Made by a program: the position numbers and the translations under genes | DNA from: an uncultured Candidatus Nemicrothrix sp. | GTDB lineage: Bacteria; Actinomycetota; Acidimicrobiia; Acidimicrobiales; Aldehydirespiratoraceae | Reading direction: 5' to 3' | Length of the DNA: 60,061 bases | Assembly: GCA_964513285.1 (NCBI GenBank) | Contig: CAZEML010000001.1 | Location: forward strand, 6,702-66,762 | In this document: positions 1 to 8,333 of the stretch, in pieces | Position numbering within the stretch: the first letter of the stretch is position 1 | Layout of the letters: every line of letters begins with the position of its first letter | Notes under the pieces: model-generated | Database searches by the model: none | Told to the model about the DNA's origin: nothing | The model's input: only the letters and a program-made list of their open reading frames with translations

Positions 1-482
1 TCGTCCTCGTGACCCTCTTCGCCCTCGTGGTCGTGATCTTCCTCGCCCTCGTGACCTTCCTCGTCGCCATGGTCATCGTGACCGTGGTCGTCGTGGCCAC
101 CTTCGCCGAACTCGATCGTCGACACCGCGCTGATCGCCTCGTACACGGCGACACCGTCGGCCTCGGCGCCCTCGATCACATCGAGAAGCCCTTCTTCGAA
201 GCTGCCACCGTTGACGATCAGGACCGCTGCGGACTGCATCTCCGCGACCTGCTGGGCCGAGGCTTGGAAGTCGTGAGGGTCGGCGCCGACCGGCATGATC
301 GTGACGACGTTGACGGCGCCGCCGGTCAGCTCGGTGACGACGTCACCGAGGATGTTGGTGGTGACCACGACGGTCGGCAGATCGCCGCCCTGGCCGGCGC
401 TGGTGTCATCGTCGTCACCGCACGCAGCGGCGAAGGTCGCCAAGGCGACGAACAACAGCAAGAAGCGGGGAATTCGGAACAT
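1..482 (-). CDS. znuA: Metal (probably zinc) ABC transporter substrate-binding lipoprotein, ZnuA/TroA family; N-terminal part only, the gene runs off the window start
   Basis: Absent from the ORF track because there is no stop in the window. Minus-strand ATG at 482 reads MFRIPRFLLLFVALATFAAACGDDDD (signal peptide plus lipobox Cys). It continues with VVVTTNILGDVV and ADPHDFQASAQQV motifs of cluster-9 binding proteins and a His/Asp/Glu-rich loop GGHDDHGHDDHGDEEGHEGEEDHDHEGEEGHED typical of ZnuA. Confidence 0.8.
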   Translation of the reverse strand, partial: MFRIPRFLLLFVALATFAAACGDDDDTSAGQGGDLPTVVVTTNILGDVVTELTGGAVNVVTIMPVGADPHDFQASAQQVAEMQSAAVLIVNGGSFEEGLLDVIEGAEADGVAVYEAISAVSTIEFGEGGHDDHGHDDHGDEEGHEGEEDHDHEGEEGHED

Positions 483-502
483 CTCCAACCCTCCAAAGTG
501 GG

Positions 503-588
503 AATGAGTATCAACCTCGGCCGAGACCCTACCGGCCAACCCAGCAACCGACAATCAAGAATGAGAATCGATTCGCCGAAATGAGAAT
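503..588. promoter_or_regulatory. Candidate Zur/metalloregulator operator sites in the divergent znuA / znuC-zur intergenic region
   Basis: The AT-rich 9-mer AATGAG(A/T)AT occurs three times (503-511, 560-568, 580-588) in a 139-bp intergenic region of a ~70% GC sequence. The middle copy runs into the perfect palindrome GAATCGATTC (565-574). TGAGAATGA resembles the left half of the actinobacterial Zur box TGAAAATGATTTTCA (recalled from memory). Confidence 0.45.
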
Positions 589-621
589 GATCCAGCCAGA
601 CGCCCTCTAGCCTCGACAGGG

Positions 622-1365
622 ATGGGAGCAACGCTCACGATCCGGGGGCTCGAAGTCCGGTACGGAGACTCGGTCGCGCTGACCGACGTCGACCTCGACC
701 TCCCGCCCGGCACCTCGCTCGCCGTGATCGGTCCGAACGGCTCGGGGAAGTCCACGCTCTTGAATGCCGTGGCCGGCATCGTCGACACTTCGGCCGGCAC
801 GATCACGTACGACGGCCTGACCCCCGCCCTGGTGCTGCAGTCGACCGAGGTCGACCGGTCGCTTCCGATCACTGTCGGCGATGCGGTGGGCTTGGCCCGC
901 TACCCGACGCTCGGGCTACTCGGCCGCTTCCGCAGCGAAGACCGCGACGCCATCACCGACGCCATGCGGCGCCTCGGGATCGAGGATCTCGAGAACCGCC
1001 AACTCCACGACCTTTCCGGCGGCCAACGACAGCGGGTGCTCGTCGCTCAAGGGCTCGCCCAGGAGTCCGACCTCCTGCTGCTCGACGAGCCGGTCACCGG
1101 CCTCGATGTCGTGTCACGGGGCCTCATCCTCGACGTCATCCACGACGAGCTCGCCCGCGACCGATCGGTCATCGTCACCACCCACGATCTCGACGACGCG
1201 CGGATCTGCGACCTGGTCCTCCTGGTCGACAAGCACGCGATCGCGGTCGGTACTCCCGATGAGGTCCTCACCGAGGATCACCTCGTCCACGCCTTCGGTG
1301 GCCGGTTCATCCGGGTCGGCGACCGCTTGATTCTCGACGACCCTCACCACCATCATCAGCACTAG
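622..1365 (+). CDS. znuC: Metal ABC transporter ATP-binding protein (ZnuC/TroB type) with C-terminal His-rich tail
   Basis: Walker A GPNGSGKST, signature LSGGQRQR, Walker B LLLLDEP. Divergent from the znuA-like gene and followed by a Fur-family gene. Ends in DDPHHHHQH. Confidence 0.85.
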   Translation: MGATLTIRGLEVRYGDSVALTDVDLDLPPGTSLAVIGPNGSGKSTLLNAVAGIVDTSAGTITYDGLTPALVLQSTEVDRSLPITVGDAVGLARYPTLGLLGRFRSEDRDAITDAMRRLGIEDLENRQLHDLSGGQRQRVLVAQGLAQESDLLLLDEPVTGLDVVSRGLILDVIHDELARDRSVIVTTHDLDDARICDLVLLVDKHAIAVGTPDEVLTEDHLVHAFGGRFIRVGDRLILDDPHHHHQH

Positions 1366-1387
1366 GTATCTGCACCGAGGTTCAGCC

Positions 1388-1825
1388 ATGGCCAGCGACG
1401 AACTCGACGACGAGATCAACGCCCTCCTCCGGCGGGCGGATCAGCGCTACACCAAGGGTCGGCGTGCCCTGGTGGCTGCCCTTCGCGCCATCGGGCAGCC
1501 CATCACCATCCCGCAGATCCTCGAAGCCGGCGACGGTCTCGCCCAGTCGAGCGTGTACCGCAACCTGGTCGTGCTCGAAGAGGCCGGCGTCGTCACCCGC
1601 ATCGTCACCAACGACGAGTTCGCCCGGTACGAACTCGCCGAGAGCCTGACCGAGCACCACCATCATCTGATCTGCTCATCGTGTGGCGACGTCACCGACT
1701 TCTCACTCGGGAGCCGCACCGAGGCCAGCCTCGACAAGGCGCTTCATCAGATCGCCGACGCCGCCGGGTTCACGGTGGAAGGACATCGCCTCGACCTCGT
1801 CGGTGTCTGCAACGACTGCGACTGA
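1388..1825 (+). CDS. zur: Fur-family metalloregulator, probably zinc uptake regulator
   Basis: Winged-helix N-terminus, HHHHLICSSCG motif and C-terminal CNDC pair typical of Fur/Zur. Located 22 nt downstream of the metal ABC ATPase. Confidence 0.8.
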   Translation: MASDELDDEINALLRRADQRYTKGRRALVAALRAIGQPITIPQILEAGDGLAQSSVYRNLVVLEEAGVVTRIVTNDEFARYELAESLTEHHHHLICSSCGDVTDFSLGSRTEASLDKALHQIADAAGFTVEGHRLDLVGVCNDCD

Positions 1826-1846
1826 CAGCCGCTCAACCCGTCGCCG

Positions 1847-3577
1847 CTACGCGGGTTCGATGTCGCGGCGGAAGACCGGGGTGTGATCGGCAGGCAGGGG
1901 GTCGGTGCCGAGGATGATGTCGGCGGCCTTCTCGGCGATCATCATCGTCGGGGCGTAGATGTTGCCGTTCGACACGATCGGCATCACCGACGCATCGACG
2001 ACCCGGAGCCCTTCGGTGCCGTGCACCTTCATGGTGAACGGATCGACCACGGCCAGCGGATCGGCGGCGAGGCCCATCTTGCAGGTGCACGACGGGTGCA
2101 ACGCCGTCTCGGCGTCGCGGGCGACCCAGTCCATGATCTCCTGATCCGTCTCGACCGAGGGGCCCGGTGAGATCTCGCCACCGTTGAAGCGCTCGAACGC
2201 CGGCTGGTTGAGGATCTTGCGAGCAGTACGCACAGCCTCGGGCCACTCGCGCAGATCCTGCTCGGTGGTGAGGTAGTTGAACTGCACCGCCGGCTTCTGG
2301 CGCGGGTCGGTCGAGGTGATCTTCACCGTGCCCTTGGCGTCGGAGTACATCGGTCCGACGTGGACCTGGTAGCCGTGGCCACCCTCGGGCGCCGAGCCGT
2401 CGTAGCGGATGGCGATCGGCAGGAAGTGGAACATCAGGTTCGGGTAGGCCTCGTTCTCGTTCGAACGCACGAACGCACCGGCCTCGAAGTGGTTCGAGGA
2501 GGCGGGGCCCTTGCGGAACAGCCACGCGAGCCCGATGAAGGGACGCTTCCAGAACTTCAGATGGGGTTGGATCGAGACCGGCTCCTTGCAGGCGTACTGG
2601 ATGTAGACCTCGAGATGGTCCTGCATGTTCTCGCCGACGCCGGGCAGATGGGAGACGACGTCGATGCCGAGGCTCTCGAGATGCTCGCGGTCGCCCACGC
2701 CCGACAGCTGGAGCAGCTGGGGCGAGTTGAAGGCACCACCGCAGGAGATGACCTCCTTGGCCTTCACCGTCTTGGTCGAGGCGCCCTTCATGCCGATGCC
2801 GAAGCGGCCCTGGCGGTACTGCACGCCGACGGCCTGGTTGCCCTCGAACAGGATCTTGTCGGCCTGGGCGCGGGTCTTGAGGGTGAGGTTCGGGCGCTGC
2901 TTGAGCACCGGGTGCAGGTAGGCGCGGGCGGCCGACAGGCGACGGGCCCGGTGCACGTTCTTGTCGAACGCGGCGAAGCCCTCCTGCTGGAACCCGTTGA
3001 CGTCGTCGGTGCGGCCGTAGCCCGCCTCTTCGCCGGCCTTCAGCCAGGCGTCGAACAGCGGCGTCTCGGCCGGACCGCGCTCCATCGTGAGCGGGCCGTC
3101 GTTGCCACGCAGCTCCGCGCCCTCGTAGGCGTCGAGGTCCGGGCCGGCGCCGAGGCAGGTCTCCATGCGCTTGAAGTACGGGAGGCAGTGTTCGTAGCTC
3201 CACGTCTCCATGCCGGGGATGCGGCCCCACTTGTCGTAGTCCATCGGGTTGCCCCGCTGGAAGATCATGCCGTTGATGCTCGACGAGCCGCCGAGCACCT
3301 TGCCGCGAGCGTGGTACACCCGGCGTCCGCTCATGCCGGGCTCCGGCTCAGACTCGTACTTCCAGTCGTAGAGCCGGTTGCCGATGGCGAACATCAGGGC
3401 CGCCGGCATGTGGATGTAGACGTCCCACTTGTAGTCGGGACGTCCGGCTTCGAGCAGCAGGACCTCGTTGTTCGGGTCGGCGCTCAATCGGTTGGCGATC
3501 GCGCAGCCGGCGGACCCACCGCCGACGATCACATAGTCATAGGTCTTCTCGTCGCTGCGTTCCGCAGATCCTGCCAT
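1847..3577 (-). CDS. GMC-family FAD oxidoreductase (choline dehydrogenase-like)
   Basis: Internal Met76 of the 651-aa track ORF gives [31 protein letters not shown] (GxGxxG FAD fold at the N-terminus). GMC signatures [11 protein letters not shown] and the C-terminal HPSCTCKMG active-site region are present. The upstream 75 codons are Arg/Pro-rich and overlap the TetR gene region. Confidence 0.85.
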   Translation of the reverse strand: MAGSAERSDEKTYDYVIVGGGSAGCAIANRLSADPNNEVLLLEAGRPDYKWDVYIHMPAALMFAIGNRLYDWKYESEPEPGMSGRRVYHARGKVLGGSSSINGMIFQRGNPMDYDKWGRIPGMETWSYEHCLPYFKRMETCLGAGPDLDAYEGAELRGNDGPLTMERGPAETPLFDAWLKAGEEAGYGRTDDVNGFQQEGFAAFDKNVHRARRLSAARAYLHPVLKQRPNLTLKTRAQADKILFEGNQAVGVQYRQGRFGIGMKGASTKTVKAKEVISCGGAFNSPQLLQLSGVGDREHLESLGIDVVSHLPGVGENMQDHLEVYIQYACKEPVSIQPHLKFWKRPFIGLAWLFRKGPASSNHFEAGAFVRSNENEAYPNLMFHFLPIAIRYDGSAPEGGHGYQVHVGPMYSDAKGTVKITSTDPRQKPAVQFNYLTTEQDLREWPEAVRTARKILNQPAFERFNGGEISPGPSVETDQEIMDWVARDAETALHPSCTCKMGLAADPLAVVDPFTMKVHGTEGLRVVDASVMPIVSNGNIYAPTMMIAEKAADIILGTDPLPADHTPVFRRDIEPA

Positions 3578-3624
3578 CGCGACACTCCTCGTCCGGGCTG
3601 GACCAAAACCGTCCAGCTGGACGG

Positions 3625-4194
3625 TTACTGTACCGGATCGTCGATCAGGCGCGCCACCAGATCGATGACGGCGGCCCGGTCGTCGGCGGACGGGCGAGCC
3701 AGACCGAAGAGGTCGATGAGCCACAGACCGTCGCCGACGATGCGGGCGAGCAACCCGACCGCCGGGTCGATCCCGTCCTCGTGCATGAGCCGCTGCTGCC
3801 ACGCCTCGAACACATCGGCCGCCGGGGCCAGGTCACCATCGCCCGCGGCCGCGGCCGCGAAGATCGCCGTCGCCGAGTCGGCTTGATGGTCGTCGGGGCG
3901 ACGCACGTACTCCAAGTACGCCCGGGCGAACGCCCCTCGGCCGTCCCCGTCGGTCATCTCATCGAGCGAGGTCGACGCGTCGGCGAGGGTCTGCTCGAGC
4001 AACCCGGCGAGCAAATCTTCCTTCGAACCGAAGTGGTGCAGCAGGCCGCCCTTGGAGACGCCGGCTTCCTCCGCGACCCGAGCCAGGGTCATCGACGGCA
4101 CGCCCTCGTTGCGCACCACGACCGCCGCGGCGTCGAGCAGCTTGGCCCGGGTCTTCGCCGCCCGGGCCTGTTGGGGTGCAGGGCGCTCACTCAC
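3625..4194 (-). CDS. TetR-family transcriptional regulator
   Basis: N-terminal [51 protein letters not shown]. Co-directional with and 47 nt upstream of the GMC oxidoreductase. Confidence 0.85.
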   Translation of the reverse strand: MSERPAPQQARAAKTRAKLLDAAAVVVRNEGVPSMTLARVAEEAGVSKGGLLHHFGSKEDLLAGLLEQTLADASTSLDEMTDGDGRGAFARAYLEYVRRPDDHQADSATAIFAAAAAGDGDLAPAADVFEAWQQRLMHEDGIDPAVGLLARIVGDGLWLIDLFGLARPSADDRAAVIDLVARLIDDPVQ

Positions 4195-4246
4195 TGGGGG
4201 ACGACCCTAGCTTCCACACGAAAACGAGAAGGCGTAGCCTCGGCCC

Positions 4247-5230
4247 ATGAGCCCGACCCCTGACGCCAGCACGCTCGTCCCCGCCGTCGACATCTCGAAC
4301 CCGTCGGCCACCGAACTCGCCGCGGTCGACGCCGCCTGTCGAGACCATGGCTTCTTCCTGCTCGTCGGGCACGGCGCTGACCAACTCATCGCGGACATGT
4401 GGCGGGTGACCGATGCGTTCTTCGCTCACGACGAGGCGGTGAAGGGACCGGTCCGCCGCACCGAGGACAACCCCTTCGGCTACTGGGACCGCGAACTCAC
4501 CAAGCGCAAGCGCGACCACAAAGAGGTCTTCGACTACGCCGACCCATCCGGCCCGACCGCCCACATGAACCGCTGGCCCGACGAGCACGCCGAGTTCCGC
4601 GCGACGCTCGAAACCTTCTACGACACGTTCTCCCAACTGGCGACCGACACCCTCGGCGTGATCCAGCGAGCGCTCGGCCTCAGCGATGCGCAGTCGGCGG
4701 CCGAACTCGGCTTCCTCAATGAGCGCACCTCGTCCGCCGTCCGCCTCAACCACTATCCGGTCGGCGATCCGGTGCCCGCCGACCAGCGCGACGGTCTCGC
4801 CGATCTCGGACCGACCGCCCTCGGCTACCACACCGACCCCGGCGTGCTGACCCTGCTGCTCCAGGACGACACCGGCGGCCTCCAGGCCGAGTCGACCACC
4901 CACGGCTGGATCGACGTTCCGCCGATGCCCGGTGCGATCGTCGTCAACCTCGGCGACGCCATGCAGGTGTGGACCAACGACCAGTACAAGGCGGCCGTCC
5001 ATCGGGTCGTTCCCATGACCGAGTCGAACCGGTACTCGATCCCCTACTTCTCCAACCCGCCCCGCGATGCGGTGCTCGAACCGTTGGCGGCGGTGATGGA
5101 GGCCGAGGGCGCGGCCGCTCGCTACCGCTCGTTCGGCTGGAAGGAGTACATCGCCGGTCGGATGGCGGACAACTTCGCCGACTACGGCGTCGAGGACATC
5201 CAGATCAGCGACTTCCTGGTCGACGCCTGA
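4247..5230 (+). CDS. Fe(II)/2-oxoglutarate-dependent oxygenase (isopenicillin N synthase-like family)
   Basis: HTDPGVLTLLLQD (HxD) followed by ...AAVHRVV... (distal His) and a downstream RYSIPYF motif, the classical 2OG-FeII_Oxy pattern. Confidence 0.8.
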   Translation: MSPTPDASTLVPAVDISNPSATELAAVDAACRDHGFFLLVGHGADQLIADMWRVTDAFFAHDEAVKGPVRRTEDNPFGYWDRELTKRKRDHKEVFDYADPSGPTAHMNRWPDEHAEFRATLETFYDTFSQLATDTLGVIQRALGLSDAQSAAELGFLNERTSSAVRLNHYPVGDPVPADQRDGLADLGPTALGYHTDPGVLTLLLQDDTGGLQAESTTHGWIDVPPMPGAIVVNLGDAMQVWTNDQYKAAVHRVVPMTESNRYSIPYFSNPPRDAVLEPLAAVMEAEGAAARYRSFGWKEYIAGRMADNFADYGVEDIQISDFLVDA

Positions 5231-5236
5231 CCCGCG

Positions 5237-6712
5237 ATGCAGCCCGACTCCGTGCAGTTCGCCCCGGCCCGCGGGGGCCGGATCGCGTACCAGCGCTTCG
5301 GGGTCGGGACCGAGATCATCGTGGCGCTGCCGCCGTCCGCCCAGAACATCGAGATGGGATGGGAGTGGCCGGGCATCCGAACGATGCTCGAGCGACTGGG
5401 CTCGTTCTCGGACTTCATCCACTTCGACAAGCGGGGCACGGGTGCCTCCGACATCGCCCAGGAGGTCCCCGGGATCGATGAGCGGGTGGACGATGTCCGC
5501 GCCGTCTTCGACACCGAGGGCGTCGACCATGCCCACCTCTTCGCCCAGTCCGAAGGCGGGCCGCTGGCACTGCTGTTCGCCGCCTCGTACCCCGACCGGG
5601 TGAAGAGCATCACCCTCCATGGCTGCGCCGCGGTGATGATGCCCGAGGAGTACGACCGAGAGGATCAGATCGCGCGACGGGAAGCGTTCGCCGCTGTCTG
5701 GGGCACCGACCAGTCACGCACCCTCGAACTGTTCGCGCCCGAGCATCTCGACGACGAGGCCTACGTCCAGTGGCACCGCCGCTACGAGCGCTTCGCCGCG
5801 TCGTCGCAGGGCCTCCGTGATCTGCTGGTCCAGGTGATGGACTGGGACGTCCGCGACGTCGTCCCGCAGGTCGAGTGCCCGATCCTCGTGCTCCACCGAC
5901 GGGGTGACCCCGCGATGCCGTACGAGTACGGACGACAGATCGCGGAGCTGGCGCCGAACGCGACGTTCGTCGAACTCGAGGGCAACGACCACTACGCCTA
6001 CCTCGGCGATCAAGGTTGGCTCGACGAGATGGAGCGGTTCGTCACCGGGCAGGTCGCCGAGCGATCGGCCCCGCCCTCCCCGCGCCCCGGTGTCGAGATC
6101 GTCACACTGGGCCGGTTCGCCGTGCTCATCGACGGCACCGAAGTCGCCACGAGCGAGTGGGGTTCGAAGCGGGCCCGAACCCTCGTCAAGCGGCTCGCCG
6201 CCGCACGTGGATGGCCGGTTCGGCGCGAAGAACTCGCCGCGATCTTGTGGCCCGACGAACCCGACCCGTCGGTGTGGAGTTCACGGCTCTCCGTCCTGTT
6301 GTCGAACGTCCGGCGGGTGCTGCGCGGCGGCGTACACACCGACCGTCAGACGATCGCCCTCGACCTCGACGCGGTCGCCCTCGACCTCGCCCGGCTCCAC
6401 GACACCACCGACGACGCCGACATCACCGCGCTCCACACCGGTCCGTTCCTCCCCGAAGAGGTCGACGAGGACTGGCGCCGCGGTGCCCACGACGAAGCAC
6501 TGTCCGTCGCCCGCCAGGCCGGTCACCGACTGCTCACGACCGCCCTCGACGCCCCGGACCCTGCCGAGGCGACCCGCCTCGCCCATCTCCTCCTGGCGTG
6601 GGACGAAGGCGACGCGATCGCCCACGACGGGGCGGTCGAAGCCGCCCAACTCGCCGGTGATCCGGTCGCCGAAGCCGCCGCCCGGGAACGCCGGGACGCC
6701 GCCTTCGGGTGA
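5237..6712 (+). CDS. Fusion protein: N-terminal alpha/beta-hydrolase domain plus C-terminal SARP/OmpR-type winged-helix DNA-binding and BTAD-like domain
   Basis: Residues 1-~270 carry a hydrolase triad context (nucleophile elbow AQSEGG, RRGDPAMP, GNDHYAY). Then VEIVTLGRFAVLIDGTEV...WGSKRARTLVKRLAAARGWPVRREELAAILWPD matches SARP/trans_reg_C, followed by a helical BTAD-like tail. It is a single uninterrupted ORF. Confidence 0.65.
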   Translation: MQPDSVQFAPARGGRIAYQRFGVGTEIIVALPPSAQNIEMGWEWPGIRTMLERLGSFSDFIHFDKRGTGASDIAQEVPGIDERVDDVRAVFDTEGVDHAHLFAQSEGGPLALLFAASYPDRVKSITLHGCAAVMMPEEYDREDQIARREAFAAVWGTDQSRTLELFAPEHLDDEAYVQWHRRYERFAASSQGLRDLLVQVMDWDVRDVVPQVECPILVLHRRGDPAMPYEYGRQIAELAPNATFVELEGNDHYAYLGDQGWLDEMERFVTGQVAERSAPPSPRPGVEIVTLGRFAVLIDGTEVATSEWGSKRARTLVKRLAAARGWPVRREELAAILWPDEPDPSVWSSRLSVLLSNVRRVLRGGVHTDRQTIALDLDAVALDLARLHDTTDDADITALHTGPFLPEEVDEDWRRGAHDEALSVARQAGHRLLTTALDAPDPAEATRLAHLLLAWDEGDAIAHDGAVEAAQLAGDPVAEAAARERRDAAFG

Positions 6713-6755
6713 GGTCCTGAAGGTTTTCGAAAGGGTCGAAGGAGACGGTGTCTCC

Positions 6756-7268
6756 ATGACCAACACGACACTTCCCAGCACCGACCAGCCGTTCGTTCTT
6801 CCCTTCGGCGAAGGCGAACACCGCAACTTCCTCAACCACCTGGCGACCACCAAGATCGGCAGCGACGCCGGCGCTTCGATGACCGCCATCGAGTTCACCC
6901 AGCCCAAGGGCTTCGGGCCGCCGCTTCACGTGCACGAGACCGAAGACGAGCTGATGATCATCCTCGAGGGTGAGATCGCGTTCCGCTCCGGCGACGATGA
7001 GTACATCGGCACCGCTGGCGCCACCGCATGGCTGCCCCACGGCGTGCCTCACACCTTCCAGGTGTTGTCCGACGAAGCTCGTTGCATCGTCGTGACCGCC
7101 GCCAACGACGGCCCGCTGCAGTTCGAGAACTTCGTCGGCGAGCTCGGCGAGGAGATGGACGAGCCCGCCATGCCCGAGCCGGGGCCGGTCGATCCCGAGG
7201 CGGTGGCGATGGCCGGCGCCCGCAACGGCCTGCAGCTGCTCGGCCCGCCCCCCGCTCCCCTCGACTGA
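6756..7268 (+). CDS. Cupin domain protein
   Basis: ATG at 6756 preceded by GGAGA (6741-6745). Cupin motifs GFGPPLHVHETEDE and PHGVPHTF. The track ORF 5904-7268 is extended upstream in an Arg/Ser/Pro-rich frame overlapping the previous gene. Confidence 0.75.
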   Translation: MTNTTLPSTDQPFVLPFGEGEHRNFLNHLATTKIGSDAGASMTAIEFTQPKGFGPPLHVHETEDELMIILEGEIAFRSGDDEYIGTAGATAWLPHGVPHTFQVLSDEARCIVVTAANDGPLQFENFVGELGEEMDEPAMPEPGPVDPEAVAMAGARNGLQLLGPPPAPLD

Positions 7269-7298
7269 CCGATCTGGCGGGTGCCGACGTCGGGGGCT

Positions 7299-7323
7299 GG
7301 TGCATCAGAACGTGTGATGCACC
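7299..7323. terminator. Hairpin between convergent genes (possible bidirectional terminator)
   Basis: GGTGCATCA (7299-7307) / 7-nt loop / TGATGCACC (7315-7323), a perfect 9-bp stem. Lies between the stop at 7268 (+) and the stop at 7367 (-). No U-tract. Confidence 0.45.
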
Positions 7324-7366
7324 GCCTCCACGTTGTTCCCGGCGAGATCGCGAGCGACGGGACCGC

Positions 7367-8329
7367 TCAACCCGGCAACGTGACGACGAACATCTCGGCC
7401 GCGTCGACGGTGCCGAAGGCGTGCAGGAGTCCGGCGGGCACCGAGATCGAGTCGCCGGGGGTGAGACGGATCTCGTCGTCCTCGGTCACGAACCGGAGTT
7501 CGCCGACGCGACAGAAGATGAACGCGAACTCGAGATCGTGAACGGCAAGCGTCCAGGGCTCGGTCGGGCCATGGGTGCGAGCGAGCCGGGCCTCGGCCAG
7601 CCCGTCGGTGGCCGCATTGATCCCGAACCGCTGCCACTCCCAGCCATCGCGAGGAGACGAATCCCACGACGCGTCGGTGGTGATGTGGCGGATGAACCGC
7701 TGGCCGCCCCAGGACCGACCCGGATCGCCGACCCCGTTGGGCAACGTCAGGTCGTGCTCGCGGTGGGTGTCGTGCTCGGCCGGACAACCGATCTCGACGA
7801 CTTCGAGGTCGTCGCCGGACGCGAGCACCCGATGGCGGATGCCGGGCGGCTGGATCACACAGTCGCCCGGCCGCATCACGAACGGGTCGCCCTGGTCCTC
7901 GTAGACGACCTCGACCCACCCGGCGTGACAGAAGATCAGCTGGAAGCGGATGTCGTGGTGGTGCACATAGTCCGGCACCGGTCCCACTCCGGGGATCGCG
8001 ATGTGGGAGGCGATGAACCGCCCACCGAGCCGACTGGGGATGAGATCTCGGTACTGCATGCCGGCCCGGCCCGAGCCGTGATCGGCCTCGAGCGCCCGGG
8101 AGACGACGAGTTCGGAGACGAGGTCGGGAATCGCGAGCGAGGCAGGCTCGACGAGGATCGTCCCCGCCGCGGTCGCGGCCCGGTCCAGACGGATCGGCTC
8201 GGGCCCGTCGAGGTCGGCCCACCGCGGGTCGTCGGCGGGCGAGATCGTCGTCAGCCGGAACCCATCGGCCTCGTGTTCGGCGATCGCCGCGGCGAGATCC
8301 TCGACCGGGATCAACCGCCGTTCGACCAT
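7367..8329 (-). CDS. Bicupin-type protein (two cupin barrels)
   Basis: Start chosen at Met100 of the track ORF (MVERRLIPVEDL), 5 nt after the glnS stop. Two cupin-like segments: HHHDIRFQLIFCHAGWVEVVYEDQG...PPGIRHRV and AFIFCRVGELRFVTEDDE...VPAGLLHAF. Confidence 0.6.
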   Translation of the reverse strand: MVERRLIPVEDLAAAIAEHEADGFRLTTISPADDPRWADLDGPEPIRLDRAATAAGTILVEPASLAIPDLVSELVVSRALEADHGSGRAGMQYRDLIPSRLGGRFIASHIAIPGVGPVPDYVHHHDIRFQLIFCHAGWVEVVYEDQGDPFVMRPGDCVIQPPGIRHRVLASGDDLEVVEIGCPAEHDTHREHDLTLPNGVGDPGRSWGGQRFIRHITTDASWDSSPRDGWEWQRFGINAATDGLAEARLARTHGPTEPWTLAVHDLEFAFIFCRVGELRFVTEDDEIRLTPGDSISVPAGLLHAFGTVDAAEMFVVTLPG

Positions 8330-8333
8330 CTCG

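Noticed and set aside
9-584. 191-aa plus-strand ORF at the window start
   Set aside because: The opposite strand encodes a convincing ZnuA-type lipoprotein (signal peptide, lipobox, His-rich loop, SBP motifs). The plus-strand product is low-complexity Val/Asp/Gly with no motif.
2360-5620. ORFs 2360-3886 (+, 508 aa) and 4187-5620 (-, 477 aa)
   Set aside because: They are antisense shadows of the GMC oxidoreductase/TetR genes and of the 2OG oxygenase/hydrolase-SARP genes respectively, with no motifs and biased composition.
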